From contig OX597817.1 of the NCBI GenBank assembly GCA_951406725.2, positions 102,362,001 through 102,426,000 on the forward strand: a DNA stretch of 64,000 bases. The letters run 5' to 3'. Position numbers and translations under genes: made by a program. Within the stretch, counting starts at the first letter, position 1. Each line of letters opens with the position of its first letter. This document shows, one piece after another, positions 11,919 to 28,354 of this stretch. This stretch comes from Octopus vulgaris (lineage: Eukaryota). The notes below the pieces were generated by a model. That model did not search any database. It was not told the DNA's origin and saw only the letters and a program-made list of their open reading frames with translations.

Positions 11919-12084
11919 AGCGAGCATGAGTTGGGAACCTTTTTAGTACCACGAGAAAAGTGTAAGTGAAAAATCTGTAGCGTGCATTTGTACCGAGAAA
12001 CATATTGAACATTAAATTTTATAAATTTATAGATATATAACATATTAAATTACTGTTTTTGGTCTTTCTTTTACCATATATTTT

Positions 12085-12280
12085 TTTTACTTGTTTCAGT
12101 CATTTGACTGCGGCCATGCTGGAGTACCGAAGAAATCGACCCCAGGACTTATTCTTTGTAAGCCTAGTACTTATTCTATCGGTGTCTTTTGCCAACCAGC
12201 TAAGTTATGAGGAAGTAAGCACACCAACATAGCTTATCAAGCGACGGTGGAGGGACAAACATAGAAACAAATGCACACAC

Positions 12281-12324
<44 letters not shown>

Positions 12325-12701
12325 TAGCAGTATCGCCCGGCATTGTTTGGGTTTGTTTCGACCCTTTAGAACTGGAATTTTAGCTTGTTATTCTCTTTAA
12401 GTGAACATTTTTCTGGTTGAAATACACCGAAAAATTGCGACACAGTAGTCAAAAAATCGTAAAAAGTAGGGATTTTCATAGAAAAAAAAAATCACCTTTT
12501 TGATGTAAATAATTTTCGGTCTTAACATGGTCCGATTTGAATTTTATCTTCTACGGAATGAAGAGCAAGCCTTCTCCTGTCATACTCTCAATTTTGGTCA
12601 ACTTGCGCCGCAGGATCTCGGAGGAGATAGTGTTAGTTGAAGGCTACCAAACCTGCCACACACAGACAACTTCAGCTTTATAATATATATATATATATAT
12701 A

Positions 12702-12757
<56 letters not shown>

Positions 12758-12785
12758 CGACGGGCTTCTTTCAGTTTCCGTCTGC
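12085..12785 (-). mobile_element. CORE-type SINE interrupted by a Helitron in its (TA)n tract
   Basis: SINE 3' part at 12085-12280. It resumes at TATACGACGGGCTTCTTTCAGTTTCCGTCT around 12755. Confidence 0.75.
12324..12685 (-). mobile_element. Non-autonomous Helitron sharing the family B 3' end
   Basis: CTAGCAGTATCGCCCGGC terminus identical to 1311, with a different interior. The 5' TC is not visible. Confidence 0.75.
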
Positions 12786-13949
12786 CCTCGTCAGTAGGTG
12801 ATTTCCAACTCAGAGGTAAGCAAGAGGGTTATCTACACTAGTCTAGAGTCACCATGTTGGGCATGAAAATAGCCGTAAAGCTATTTTACATCCAAGCTTT
12901 AATGTCCTACTATTATTATTGATAAACACAGAGATAAAAAGCCAGTTGATGTCGAATGCATACAGTAGAGATATCATTATAGAGTAAAACGTACAAATTA
13001 TGTTGTTTGCTTTAAATGATTTGTGTATCTATGAATTTGATCCCCAAGTTCGATTTCAGTAAACAAGAAGAGCTCATTGGAACAATGACTAGAGATCTTT
13101 TTTATCATTCTTAAAATATAACACTTTCTATCTCATGGGTGATAATAATAGATTTGGTCGAGAGTTATTGAATAAAAGAAAACTGAGTGTATATCAGAGA
13201 GGACGTGTATGGATGAGTGTGTTTATGTATATGTATTTAACAGTGGGGAATTAAATATATAAGAGATTGTGTGAATGTGTTTTATAAATGACGTATTGTC
13301 AACTGAGTTAGCTTTAGTCTATGTCCAATAAACTATTTTATCAATAACAGAACTATGAAAGTTCTCCGAGGAGATGGGATTCAGTAACGTACTGTAATAT
13401 CAGTTTTTACCTCCCTTCCTTAACTTCTTTTATCGCCTCTCCTCTCTTACATCTCTTCCTCCTTTATTCTTCCAAGCTGTTCTCGTAGCATTTCTGCCAC
13501 TGGAGTGTCTGAATCAAATCTTTCTACCATTTTTCTCCACCACAACCGCTTCGGTTTGGGCTTTCCAAGCCCTGACTGGTCCGGTAATGAATTAAATATT
13601 GGTGTAACTTCCAATCAAATGTTTCACTGGGCCTGGTAATCCTGCAGTACCCATGTCCTCAACAGGTTAAGACTGGATTTCAAGGAGCTCATCCGTTTTT
13701 GAAAGGTATTCTTTATTATTTGCAGCTGGATGCCTACATACCCTCCTCTCAGGGCAAACCCAGCAAAGTGCCGATTTAGTTACCGACTACTCGACCAGAA
13801 ATAGGTAGTATTAGATTGCATGGTGACCATTGCAGGTTCTATTAGTCAGTGATAGAACTGGTTCTAACCTGATACTATATTTTTTTTTGTTACTTTTGTA
13901 ATAATTTTATCTTGTTAACACGAATCACAGAAAATTTATCTTAACAACA

Positions 13950-14170
13950 AGGTGGTGAGCTGCCAGGTGAAATGCTTAGCGGCATACCGGGTTAAAATGC
14001 CGGGTAAAATGCTTAGCGATATTTCGTTCGTCTTTACGTTCTGAATTCAAATTACGCCGAGGTTGATTTTTGCCTTTCATCCTTTCGTACTAGTCGAACA
14101 CTAGAGTCAATGTCATCGACTTAACCTCTCTCCTGAAATTGTTGGCCTTGTACCAAAATTTGAAACCAAT
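13950..14170 (+). mobile_element. Deu/Nin-type SINE, degenerate
   Basis: GGTGGTGAGCTGCCAG head and GCCTTTCATCCTTTCG domain. Confidence 0.7.
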
Positions 14171-15049
14171 ATATTTCTCTCAAAATCTCCAGAAAATATT
14201 TAATTTCTCTCCGAAGAAAGCGTGCTCCCAGAATATTAAACTTCTATTCTTCTACAGGACATAAAATTTGACGTTATTGTACATTTTATGGAGTTAGCCA
14301 AAATTGTCAATGTTGCTATATACTACATTCAACTTAACAGGTGACTAAATAAGCACATATTTTTTCTCAAGATTCTATTCATACAGCACGATACAAAATT
14401 TGAGCGTTAAACTACAATTATAATCTCTTTAAAGAAAATAATACACAAAAACCCAAAATGACAACATTTCTGTCATAAAATTGAAGCAAAGAAAATGTTA
14501 AACAATTCTCTCACGTTTGTGGGAATTACTGGTTGCTCCACTTTTAATCTTTCAACTTTTGTGTTGCATGCATCAATTCGTTCCTGTAGCTATTCACATA
14601 TATAAATGCGTACTTGTGTGTGTCTGCTTTTTTGTATGTTTGCGCGCGTGTGATAGTTTATGTCATTAATTGTATTATAGAATTGTTATTATATTACACA
14701 TATCTATATTTATATACACTCTGTACATAATGTACTTATACACACATACACAGTCACTCACATACACAGTCACTCACATTCACACATACGTAAATGTGTG
14801 TGTGTGTGTGTGTGTGCGTGCTGAAATATTACAAAGGAAGAAAGGAGGGAAAAGAATCATTGAATTATAAATATTTTACTGAGTCATTGACGATTCATAA
14901 AGGGTGGGAATATTTTGATTACATCTGATGGGAAAAATATTGCTTGACTAGATCTATATATGCAATCACTTTGTCCAAACGATGAATCAATTTACCGTGT
15001 ATAAAATACATTTCTCGTTCTATTTGAAAACACTTTAAGGGTAATAAAC

Positions 15050-16720
15050 CCCTGAAACAAATGTGAGTCTAACAATTGATCGATGAAAGTCAATTAGGTT
15101 GAGATCACAATCCAACTTTGGTACATTCAGACCTACTCTTACTTTCCCTGTCGTATTATTTATTCATCAATACATACTCTATCTAAGTCATTAGAGGTAT
15201 ATAATTGGTAAATAAGATACGAGAAAACATACGTTAAAAACCAATGAACATTCTTTTAGAACAAGATTTGGAATAATTTTCTTAAATGGAATTGATTAAT
15301 TCATGTCAAAAGATCTATGGTGGTTTGGGTAGATTTCCCTCTGATTAACTGCCAAATCTACCTCTAAAACATTTATTTTTATTTTGGCAATAGAAGCAAA
15401 GATTCACCAAAGTCTCCTTGGGTCCTGACATATCTAGCACCATATCGATTACGTCACCAGCCTGAGCACTTGCAGCCTTCCTATGTCACTGTTCGAGTGA
15501 CATGTGCATCGTTACACCTCTTTTCTGTGGTACAGGCTTAACCATTACCTTATCATCACAGCTTCTCTCTATATTAGATCGTTTATTCAAGGAATGTAAT
15601 TTCATATCGACTTCCCAACAGTCTTTGACTCTTAACGTCTCAGGATTTCAAGTCAACTATCCATTTAAAGCTATCACAATTCTACACTGACTACTTACAT
15701 TAACAATCGTACTTAGCTTTTGAACCCACTGCTGGCAGCTAAGTAACTGAAACAACCTTCCTAGATTTTTTTCTTCACATCTTTCAAGCAATCTTCAAAA
15801 TCACACTGCAAAGGACAAGCGTCGACACCTTAGTTCGTATCTTCATTAAAATCTTTAATTCTGCAGAAGAAATGATCAAGACTCATTCTCGTTGTGAACA
15901 TTGACTGCTATGTCTTTCCCAGAATAGTCTATCTTCTACACATATCACTATATTTTAAATAAAACTAATGGATTCTATTTGAATTTTCTTTTGCAATCCA
16001 ACCGGCATTTGTTGTTCATGATAGTCACCGTTTTCTTCCAATTAACAGTGCAACTCGATCATTATTCATTTTCCATAACGAAAAATATACATTAACTTCC
16101 AGTACAGGACACCTGCTTAAATGTTCTAAGAATTTGATAGTGAATATTACGAATCTACGTTCTGTCTTTGTCTTGTTATCTGAAATCGCCCACACTCAAA
16201 GCTATCATTATGTATTAACCTGGATGATCTGCAACGATTTTTCCAAGTTGACATTGGATCATTCGGGATATCAATTCAATATTTGTCAGAGTGTTGGAAA
16301 TGCACGAGTAAATTTAGACACTTTACACTCTGATTTATATCAGCTACTCCCACGCAATCCCCACGTACATCATAGGTGTACAGCATCTTTGAGAATGCTG
16401 TAGAAAAGTTTAGCCTGTTTCTCAATGCAAAGAAGACTGGGTACTTGGCAATTAGTGAAGATGGAAGCCACCTGCCAATTTGTTTCAACGATACCAGACA
16501 ACTCAAGGAGACCAGTGACTTCAAGTACTTGAAAATGACCAAATGTAATCAGCACCAGCCTGATCCGATGAGTTATTTCAAGAGGAAAATTAGAGTTTAT
16601 AACTTCCCTATAATTCTTCACTGTACCAAGGGTGTTTAGTCGCAGCTGGCGTTCATTCCGAGAGGATCCAGATTCACAAAGAAAGCTAAAATATTTAATC
16701 GGTTCCCATTGGCTGATAAA
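15050..16720 (+). mobile_element. Highly decayed non-LTR retrotransposon RT remnant (APE-type LINE)
   Basis: KSLGPD-like motif near 15410 and AVEKFSLFLNAKKT...KETSDFKYL (RT motifs 6-7), with many stop codons. Confidence 0.6.
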
Positions 16721-17307
16721 TATTGCTGTTCTCCTTTTCGTGCTTATTTTGAAAGTGACTAATTTTGACATTGCTATTGTTGTTACTTATGCTGTTTATA
16801 GTGATGCTGCTGCTGCTAATACTGTGTTGCTAGCGGAGTTATTGTCACGGTTTTTATTTATTGTTGTTTAGTCCCATGTCAAACCTGACTGATCTGACCA
16901 ATGATCAAAAATATTCTTGCTGTAATCATTCCATCTTAGAGGCGTACTAAGCAGGCAAGTGATTTGATCTGAGACCATGTGTTGAAACTTAATTGATTGT
17001 ACAGAAGAAGTCATGTACTAGCTTTTCAGAAACACACAGAAGACTTTACTTAAACATTTATTATTTGTTATATGGCATCAAACTTTTAAATGGCTAACAT
17101 GTGTCTTCCACGCTGTAATCCATTCTATTCTATTTTCAACAATAGCCCACTCTGGACTTCCGAACCCAGTATGTATCTTTAAAGATATTATATTAGAGTT
17201 TGAGGGAGACTTGATAGCTATATCTAGCGGGTTGAGTGACCACATAGAGGGTCCCTTGTTGCCTCGTGCGTGCGTGTTTATTTGTGTGTGTGTATGTGTG
17301 TATGTGT

Positions 17308-17343
<36 letters not shown>

Positions 17344-18051
17344 AGTGTTTATGCGCGTGTGTGTGTGTGGAGTGTTTATGCGGGTGCGAGTGTGATGTTA
17401 ATACTGTTTTTAAAATTATTGTTGCTAATATTGTTGGTGATGACTTTTCTGCTTCTATTGAAGTTATTCACATTGTACTTGCTCAGCGTATTACTATTTC
17501 TTTTATTGCTGTTACCTCCCCACAAAACACAGAGTTTCATTGCAACAGTCTTCAACTATTTTTACTCCTGCCACCATTCGTAAAAAGAAAAAAAAAGGAA
17601 AAGTATTGTTTGCATTATCGTCATACTAAATAATAAAGTTCGAATATCTTCTACAATCACATATTCCACAACAAATTATTCTTCCCAATTACTAAATATA
17701 CTACAACTACCAGAAAGTATAAAAAGTTATTCAATCATGTTTTGAACTTTCGCCAGGCTTTCTCAGCAAGTCTCAGAGGATTGTCAGTTATAGTTACAAT
17801 CGTTTCTAAGAATAATAATAGATTCTAATCAACAATAATTGTAATGATTTCTTATATAAGCACAGGACCACAGATACTTTGAGGAAAGATGTACTAAATT
17901 AAGCTGTCTTCAGTACTTTATTTGCTGCCTATTTTATTAAGCCATGAAAAATAAAAGGCGAAGTAGACCTCAGTGAAAAGTGAAAAAATTTTAAACCATA
18001 TAATTTAAAACACACGCTTTGTTCATTGTGCAATAACTTTTCCCTTAATGA

Positions 18052-18803
<752 letters not shown>

Positions 18804-19139
18804 TATAATAACTGTTGCTGCTCATGTATTTTAATTTAAAAAAAAAAATTTAAAAAAAAAAAAAAAAATGAACGAACTACTGAGTTTGGTTTAATGGCCT
18901 ACCAATGTATACTCTGAGTTTCTTTGCCCTAGGAGTCGGGAAGACACTCGGCAAGAAATGGAAGCAAATTTGAAAGAAGAAAAAAAAAAAATAATAATAA
19001 TAATAATTGTTGATCACCTCATCATCTGCCGAACCTATTTACAAATCTGTGGAATTTGGTCTATTCACCAACCTTCTTCTCTTTCTCCTACTATCCCCTC
19101 CAACCCTCACATATTTATGATTATCTCAAGTACAAGACA

Positions 19140-20110
<971 letters not shown>

Positions 20111-20559
20111 TTAACTGAACCCATAACAAAACCAAGCAAAGGAACGGCTAGCGGATGACCATAAATATTACAGAATAATTGATTTAGGAGTTACATACAC
20201 ACACACGCACTACTATGCAACACAACTCCAAAAACATACAAGAATAAACTCATACTGTAAATACCCAACAAAATGACCAAAACCCACAACATGAGCCATA
20301 GAAAGGCCGATACTCGACAGAACACAACCTGCGCTACACAGACAACACACAAGATAAAAACTAATACAACCGAAAACTCAAACAAAACCCATAACAAAAC
20401 GTACTGATAAATTCAGCATACACCACCCCACCAGCTCAAATGTGCAACAAATGATGAAATAGAAAGTTGCTTGAAACTTTCAGATGTCGAGAAATAATAG
20501 TGGTGACGCCGATGGTGACGAACGTTACCTTACTTTAGTTTATGAGAGAGAAGAGTTTC

Positions 20560-23000
20560 CGATATAAATGGTTGTAGCAGCGAAAATGAAGCTGGACCTT
20601 TAAGGGAAGGCCTCTCGCTCGGCAGTGGATCAGTAAAGATGCAAACTGACCACAGCTGGCATCCTAATACAGCATCAGCAGATAATAGAGCAAGGAGGAG
20701 GAAGTGGACCAGCGAAGAAAACAGGATAATGATACAGTGCTACTTAGAAAATTATCCTAAAAGAAGGGGTTATAGAAAACGGATGTTAACACTTTGGGTA
20801 GAGAAGGGTATGCTTAAAGTGACTGGGCTGAGATTAGTTGATCAAGCTAATGCTATTAGAAGAAAGTGGATGACAGAATTGGAGGTAGAAGAGATCACAA
20901 TAGAACTGGAAAAGAAAGACTAGGCAGAGGGAATGACAAACAACAACATAAGAGATACATCTCAAACCAAAGAACCTAAGGAAAAAAATTATAATAGCGC
21001 TACCAATAAGGAAGGGACAACTTGCACAAACGACTTAAATGATTTAAGTGAGGAAGATCAGAAGATCTTAGATGAGTTGCAGGACATAATGAGTAAAGAA
21101 GTAAGAAAAAAACTGCCAGCATTAAAAGACATCAACAGAAGGAAGCTAGAAGGAATGACTAGGTAAGTAGATTCTGTTATCAGGAGGATAGATACTAAAA
21201 ATATAGGAGACATTAACTTATTGATCTATGCAGGAGGGGTAGTAGTTACTAGAAGATTAGATATCTCACACGGAAAGATTTAAAAAAGGGCAAATGTGGA
21301 AAAGGAGACTACACAATAAAGTGAAAACTTCAAGACGAGATCTGAATAGAATAGAAACCTGGAAACTGAACAAGTTAGGAAACACAAGATGCAAATATTC
21401 CCTCCAGAAAAGATATTTCGTCAAAGAGACAGGATTTGGAACAGTAATAGAAGAGTTGAAACAGCGTATCATAATAGCAGGTAAGCTCTCCAGATATCAG
21501 AAAAGAATAGATTATTTGAGACAGACCAGAGGAGATTTTATAACCAAATAGATAGTGGATAACAAAGTACTGAAGTTGAAAAACATAATGCAGAGGAAGC
21601 TAGAAAGTTTTGGAGTAATATTTGGGATAAACCAGTCAATCATAATGAAGATGCAGTATGGTTAAAGAAAGTGATGAAAGAAGTAGTGACTGAGAAGCAG
21701 CCAGATTTAAGATTAACTAGAGTAAAGTGCTAGAAAAAATTCCTAATTGGAAGGGCCCAGGACCTGATTTAGTTCAAGGGTACTGACTAAAAAGATTCAG
21801 TAGTTTACATGGGAGGCTGAGGTAACAACTTCAGGATTGCCTTAATGGAGGAATAATACCAGATTGGATGACTAGAGGGAGGACAATACTCATTATGAAG
21901 GATAAGAGCAAAGGTAATACAGCTAGCAACTGTAGACCAATCACTTGCTTACCATTAGTGTAGAAGATGCTTACAGGAATGATTTCAGAAAGCATTTACA
22001 AGCACCTTGACAGCTAAAATTTTTACTATCAGAAGAACAGAAATGTTGCAGGGAGAAGGCTAGAGGAATGCATGATCTATTATATATAGACAAAGCTGTT
22101 CTAAATGAAGTAAAGGCTAGAAAGAAAAAATCTAACAATAACATGGATAGATTATAGGAAAGTCTGTGACATGATCCCACACTCATGGATAAGAGAATGT
22201 TTGAATATGTTCAGTATAGTAGACAACATAAGTGAATTAATTAGCTTTAGCATGAAAAAATTGGAAAGTAGATCTATATTCAGGTGATACACTCTTAGGG
22301 AAAGTTAATATCAAAAGAGGAATTTTCCAGAGGGACTCGTTGTCCCCTTTAATATTTGTTCTATGTTTGATCCCCCTCAGTTTAGTATTAAGGAAGGCAA
22401 AGGCAGGGTATCAGTTCAGGGATGATTTGAAGTTATTTAGTAAGAATGAAAAAGGGATAGATTCCTTAATACAGACTGTAAGACTCTTCAGCAAAGATAT
22501 AGGCGAGGAATAGATAAGTATGCAATGTTAGTCGTGAGAAGAGGACAGGTAGTCAACAGCGAAGGTATCCAATTAGCAGATGGCCAGGCATTGAAATCAT
22601 TGAAAGGAGAAGAGAGTTATAAGTGTCTAGGAGTATTAGAATCTGACAGAGTGCTAACTACAGAAATGAAAACGAAAATTGAGGAGTACATCAGAAGGGT
22701 GAGGAAGCAAATGAAGTCAAAGCTAAAGGGTCTGAATCTAGTGAAGGCTGTAAATACTTGGGTAGTATCATTACTTAGATATTCAAGGGCTTTTGTAGAT
22801 TAGACAAAAACTGAATTAGTAAAGCTAGACAAGACCATGAAGGAATGCAATATGAATGGAGGACTCCACCCAAGTGCAGGAGTAGCAAGATTACACTTAC
22901 ATAGAAATGAAGGTGGAAAAGGATTAATATCAGTAGGAGACTGCATGGAGTTAGCTTAAGTAGGTATAGACTCCTATATAGGTAACAGTGAAGAAAGTTG
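20560..23000 (+). mobile_element. R4/Dong/Rex6-like non-LTR retrotransposon, RT pseudogene
   Basis: KWTSEENRIMIQCY...RGYRKRM N-terminus, [30 protein letters not shown] and NLVKAVNTW. Many stops and frameshifts; truncated by a SINE. Confidence 0.8.
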
Positions 23001-23140
23001 ACTGGTACTCTTTTCATCGACCCCAAAAGGATGAAAGGCAAAGTCGACCTCGGCGGAATTTGAACTCAGAACGTAGCGGCAGACGAAATACCGCTAAGCA
23101 TTTCATCCAGCGTGCTAACGATTCTGCCAGTTGGCCACCT
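23000..23140 (-). mobile_element. Deu/Nin-type SINE, 3' truncated
   Basis: Matches the family head and domain. Confidence 0.8.
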
Positions 23141-23144
23141 TAAT

Positions 23145-24876
23145 AAAGTTTTCTTTATTGGCATCATGGGCTTACATAGAGCGCACAGGGATGCAAATAC
23201 AAATGTCCAAAAGGAGGAGTTTTCTCAGCAGTGCCACCGCTCCTCGACAAACAAAAGCAGGAATTCTCCCATTTTGTTGCAAGTTGCGGTAGACGTCTGC
23301 TAAGAGGCCCACAAACAAGTCAGCCATAGAAATATAAAGCTCGTAGGGCAGATCACCCAAACCTGGCGACCTGTCCCTCGCGCAGCCCTTCATCGCCTCC
23401 TGTATCTCCGCAGCTGTTATCGGTCTTTCGCAGCACTTCCCCTCGCTGATCGAGAGTTGCAGCAGGCCATTCAGGTAGACCCCGAAGTCTGCCCTGTTAT
23501 CCGTCCTACCATTCGTCCCAAACAGTCGAGCAAAGTGCCACTGAAAGGTCGCACACATGTGCTTCGGTTCAAACACTTCCCGTCCATTCTCATCTACCAA
23601 AGACTAAATGTTGGTTTTGTTGCACGTTTTGCCTCTGCCACTCGGGCCCATCGAGCGGTTTTCGTTCCTTCTCCGTTTAGTGAACGTGCTTTTATTTCTG
23701 ACAACACAGCCTTCGTGTTAGGCGTTGAAAAATTGGTCGAGGTCTAACCTCGCCACCGACATGTCGGTCGCGATGCATTATCTAAGTGCCTCATCTAACT
23801 TGTTGCATTTGAGGCAAGAGAACTTGAGATGGTTTACGCTTCAACAAAAATAGCATCTCTGCCTCCTGTCCTCTACGGCCACGCGTAACTTTGTGCCGTC
23901 CAGCAGGTTCATCAAGTCGGGGATGGAATTTATGTTCTCTTGTTCAATTTGAATAAGGAGCTCTATCCCCTGACCTGACCAATTTTATTGGTGCAACGTG
24001 TGCACCTCCAGTATTGTGGCGGTGTCCTCCATGTGTAGGAGGAGAGCCGCCACCAGCCAGCATATGTTATTTCTGAGGGCACATCGCCAATTTTCACTTT
24101 GGTTACGCGCCGATCCAGGCATGACGGCACGAGCTGCACCTCATTTGTCTTTAGGGGCACTGTGGAGTGCTGTTTTGGTTCTCGCTCCGTTGCAAAATGC
24201 ACTTCCACTGTACTGAAGCGCCTTCCCCGTGTCACATACGTCTTTTGGTTCCATATTGGCTTCAGTACCAATTTCAGCTGTTGTTAAGCAGCTAGTTCCA
24301 TTCATTTCTTTTTTATCTTCAGACATTTATATATCACAATTCGCTTGCATGTGTCTCTCATTAAGTCTCGAGCAGTGTTTAGGACAGCGTTTCCTTTCCT
24401 CCTTAACATCTCCTTCGCGTCTTTTATGTCGTCTTAATGTCAGATTAAGTTGCTCCTTTGTTTGTCCAGCGACCGATGCGAAACAGCGCCTGTATGGTTT
24501 TTCTTGTTGAATCGTCGTTTTTCTTTTTGTTCCTTGTCCATCTCATCGCTGTCCATGTGTGTATTTTTCTTGTTGCTGTCTGTATTTGTGCCGTGACTTT
24601 TTGAAATATTTTTGTGTTCTTGTACTTTTTGAAATAGTTTTGTGTGCTTGTACTGGTACTGGAGCTGTACAGAGGGGTGAAATCAAATCAATACTGGCTG
24701 CTAGGACAGCCACTGCCACTCCCCTTGACAACGGAGTCCATCTATTGTTTTTCGTTAAATGAAAAGCAATTCTTTTTAAAGGACTAAAAATCCAAAATTG
24801 CCTCCAAAAGGGCGAACGCTCAACAACGGACCCCTTCTAGTTAACAAGAAGGGTTCCACGCAGTTAACAAACGAAG
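23145..24876 (-). mobile_element. Tx1/L1-like LINE, internally deleted
   Basis: ORF1-like TVEVHFATERE...KVKIGDVP with a CCHC knuckle remnant near 23840. ORF2 piece PITAAEIQEAMK..RSPGLGDLPYELY. AATAAA near 23155. Confidence 0.75.
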
Positions 24877-26340
24877 CGGTTTGGCTACCAGCATTTCAAA
24901 AATTAAAGTTTACCGAAAATTTTAAAATTTGGCACAATAATGCACTTGCCCAAACTGAATTGCTGGAGTTATTTCATTTTTTCCAGAAAAATGTTTTAAA
25001 AAAGTTATAGAGGTTTAAAATTTGACCATTTTCACCCAGTCAGGAAACATGATTTCAAAGCTGTCATTTTGTGCGTGACTGCATATTTTGTTGTCAACAT
25101 CCTGAAAATAGCCCGTGTTGTCATATTTGTATGACAACATTGTCATGCAAATGTTTATGTTAGTTTAAAAGGTTTATCTAAAAAAAATCTTATTTAGCTG
25201 TTATTTTTAGCACACAACACAACCACCTCAATGCTCAATGACAAAAAGAAATGTGTAAATAAACATTTAAGCATTCAATATGCATTTAATGCAAATGCGA
25301 TAAACAACACGTTACATGCAATGCACACATTACAATTTTTAACAGAAATATTTAGAAGAATTAGATGAAAGTTCTCCAGTAATTTTCTTTCAAGTAAATA
25401 AATGTGTTAATTTAAAAATTTTTCAGCAAAATCTCATAGAATGACAACGTTCCAGGAGATGTTATATATGAAAATAAGAGTGAACTAAGTATGTTTAAAA
25501 AACAAACATTTAACTTTCGGCTTTAATTCTAAAAATATCCTCCTCTGTTTTCAATGTTTCTGTAACAGGATCTGGTATCGGTATCACTGAAAGGGTGTCG
25601 ATCCGATCCCGTCACATACAATTTAGTTAGATATAACAGACGAAGTCAGGTTACCGGTGAAAGACAGCAGTTTGTTTATTAATCGTGATGGTGTACGTAT
25701 CTCTGAAGGGAAAACGACAGCCGAATCTGTTGTACAGCTTCTTGTTCGTTGGTTGAAGTGGTTCGATGTCGTCCGCGGCTAAGTCGGTGTGGTTATTAGA
25801 GACTACCAAATGCACGTCTGTTCACGATGGCTGAAATGCCCAGAGAGGATGAATGAGTGAGTGTGCCTTAGGGGGTCAGTTTCCCGCACATGCGCATGGG
25901 GAAGACTTCCGGTGGCCACCCGGAAGTAGTCCCATTCTGCGCATGCGCGCTGAACCTTACACAGTAGCATCACTACATTTCCATAACAGAAACGAAGTTA
26001 TTGGAGCTTGCTGCCATAATCACACAGAACACAGCGTCAAATTTGTCAACACGTGTTTCCTCCCAGATAAAAGACTTTTGAAAGACTGCTCGGATTCGCA
26101 TGTTACTATGGCAACAGGTACGTTGAGACACAAAAGAGTTTTCATGTTCCGCTTCTTACTATCAAAACGGTCATGAATGTGTCTGTGGCTTACGATTGAC
26201 TAAAATTACCAAAAGTTTCAAACTTTAATTGCTAATAACTCTTTATTTATAGATTTATAAGGAAAATTACTTTCACGTCATTAATTAGCCTATAAAGGTG
26301 TATCATTACGCTGAATATGAAATCAATTCGAACTGATAAA
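24877..26340. mobile_element. Non-autonomous DNA element (same family as 8190-9682) hosting a solo LTR
   Basis: Collinear homology; starts CGGTTTGGCTACCAGC. Confidence 0.6.
25561..25977 (-). mobile_element. Solo LTR, Gypsy-like
   Basis: TGTA...TACA termini, 4-bp TSD TTTC on both sides, AATAAA on the minus strand near 25678, and GC-richer than the flanks. Confidence 0.8.
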
Positions 26341-26419
26341 ATCCAACGAAGCAAACGAACATCAATCTTCAAAAATTTCAACACAAACTATAACTCACAG
26401 AGCTCATAAATAACACGTA

Positions 26420-26420
26420 T

Positions 26421-26463
<43 letters not shown>

Positions 26464-26610
26464 GCAGCAGCAGCAGCAACAGCAACAACAACAACAACAA
26501 CAACAACAACAGCAGCAGCAGCAGCAGCAGCAACAGCAACAACAACAACAACAACAGCAGCAGCAAAAGCAGCAATAACAACAACAACAACAACAACAAT
26601 AATAATAATA
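26420..26610. repeat. (CAA)/(CAG) compound microsatellite
   Basis: Read directly from the sequence. Confidence 0.9.
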
Positions 26611-28146
26611 AAACGGAAACTATACGCGTGAAGTGCAGCACATTTCACTGAACTCTTAGAAAAATACGGCAAGCTCTAAATAACTACTAGCGTAAGTACA
26701 AAGCCAAAAATTTGCAGAAAGCTGCAAGTCGATTATCTACTGATTCATATGTATTGACTGTCACTTTCGTGAAACAACGTCTCTTGTAAAAAAAAAAAAA
26801 AAAGAATTAATAAAAAGAAAAATTCTCGGAGACAGCGAGGGCAGTGGAGTAAGTTTTCGATTTCTCTCACCGCGAAGCAAAGCCTTCACAGGTCAGCGTT
26901 GCCTCACCTTCATAAACCATCAAATGCTTTCCTATGCACATTTTACGTTCTTCTCTAACATCGTAAAAGGTTATCTGATTTCCTTGTTCTTTCTGTTTGA
27001 AAACCTGTTCCAATGGGATGTAACTAAATACGTTTTGCTCAGCAGTGGGTTTGCCACATACTGCCTTTTCTGCACAAGGATTTGACCAACGCAGATCTCT
27101 TCTGGAGGAAGAGATGTAGGTTTAAACAACTCAGTAGGTAACTGGTGCTTTGTTTCATCAATTATGGAGGTTGGAATATAAAGGTGATATCGGTGGGATT
27201 AGAACTTAGATTGTAATGGAACGTAAGTAAATACCGCAGGTTGTCCTGCTATTCAGTGCGTAGACGAAGCCACATCGGAAAGGCAGACAACAGACAATCA
27301 CATTGAAAGGCATATATATATGCAGACAGGCAGATGAGCGATATCTAGGTGGGGTGGGGTGGGGTGGGGGGAACGAATAAACCGGTTAAAGTGAGAATGC
27401 AATATAGTATAGAACGGAAAACATGAGATTCACAAGTGAAATATTGCTCTGAGTCGAATGGGCCGAAGGAATGTTGTGCAGAATTAAAAGAACAGCATTG
27501 CATTGACGTATGGTTCATTCAAACGAAAAGAGAAGAGAACAAAAAAGAAGAAAGGCGTAAGGAATGGAGGAAGAAGGAAAAGAAGTTGAATAAAGAGAAA
27601 GAAAGAGAACTATAGCAGGGAGGAAAAAAGACGGAGAAAAAGAGAAAAAAGAAATGACAAAGCGATCGTAGGCAGCAAATTGTTATTGTTGCAAACTTAC
27701 AACTTCTTTAAGACACCTAGGGTGCGACGTGTGGTTTTGAAAGAGTTTTCAGGATTAGATCATATGCTTCAATACACTTCATGTTTTCCGGTCTATTATT
27801 GAGTAAGACTTCTTTTTCTCTTCAGTTTTGACTGTGGGAATTTCTGTATATGACATGAAATATAAAATGAAATTATACTCACCACGAAGTGCAGTTTTGT
27901 AAATATATTTGTGAATTGACTCAATAAAGTTTTCTTCAATAAACCTCTGTATTTTTTAAAATTTATTGATTTTTGTTCCTGTTAGCATTTTTAGATATAT
28001 AAACTACACTAAAATGTTTGTTTTATATATTTGAGAAGAAAATAACAAAATGAATGAAATGACGTATTTTACTATTAGAGAAGGAGCTAGGTAGCATGTT
28101 AACGATGCTAGTAAGAAGACAGACAGACAGGTAGATAGATAGATAA

Positions 28147-28182
<36 letters not shown>

Positions 28183-28280
28183 GTAGGTAGATAGATAAGA
28201 AAACAGGCAGACAGACAGGCAGGTAGGCAGGCAGGCAGAGAGACAGGCAGAGAGAGAGACAGGCAGACAGACAGACAGAC

Positions 28281-28354
<74 letters not shown>

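Noticed and set aside
12772-12795. CTGACGA...GAAAC on the minus strand
   Set aside because: There is no stem II. It is a chance junction between a SINE fragment and its flank.
26420-26610. PolyQ coding exon
   Set aside because: There is no surrounding ORF or splice context. It is a plain compound microsatellite.
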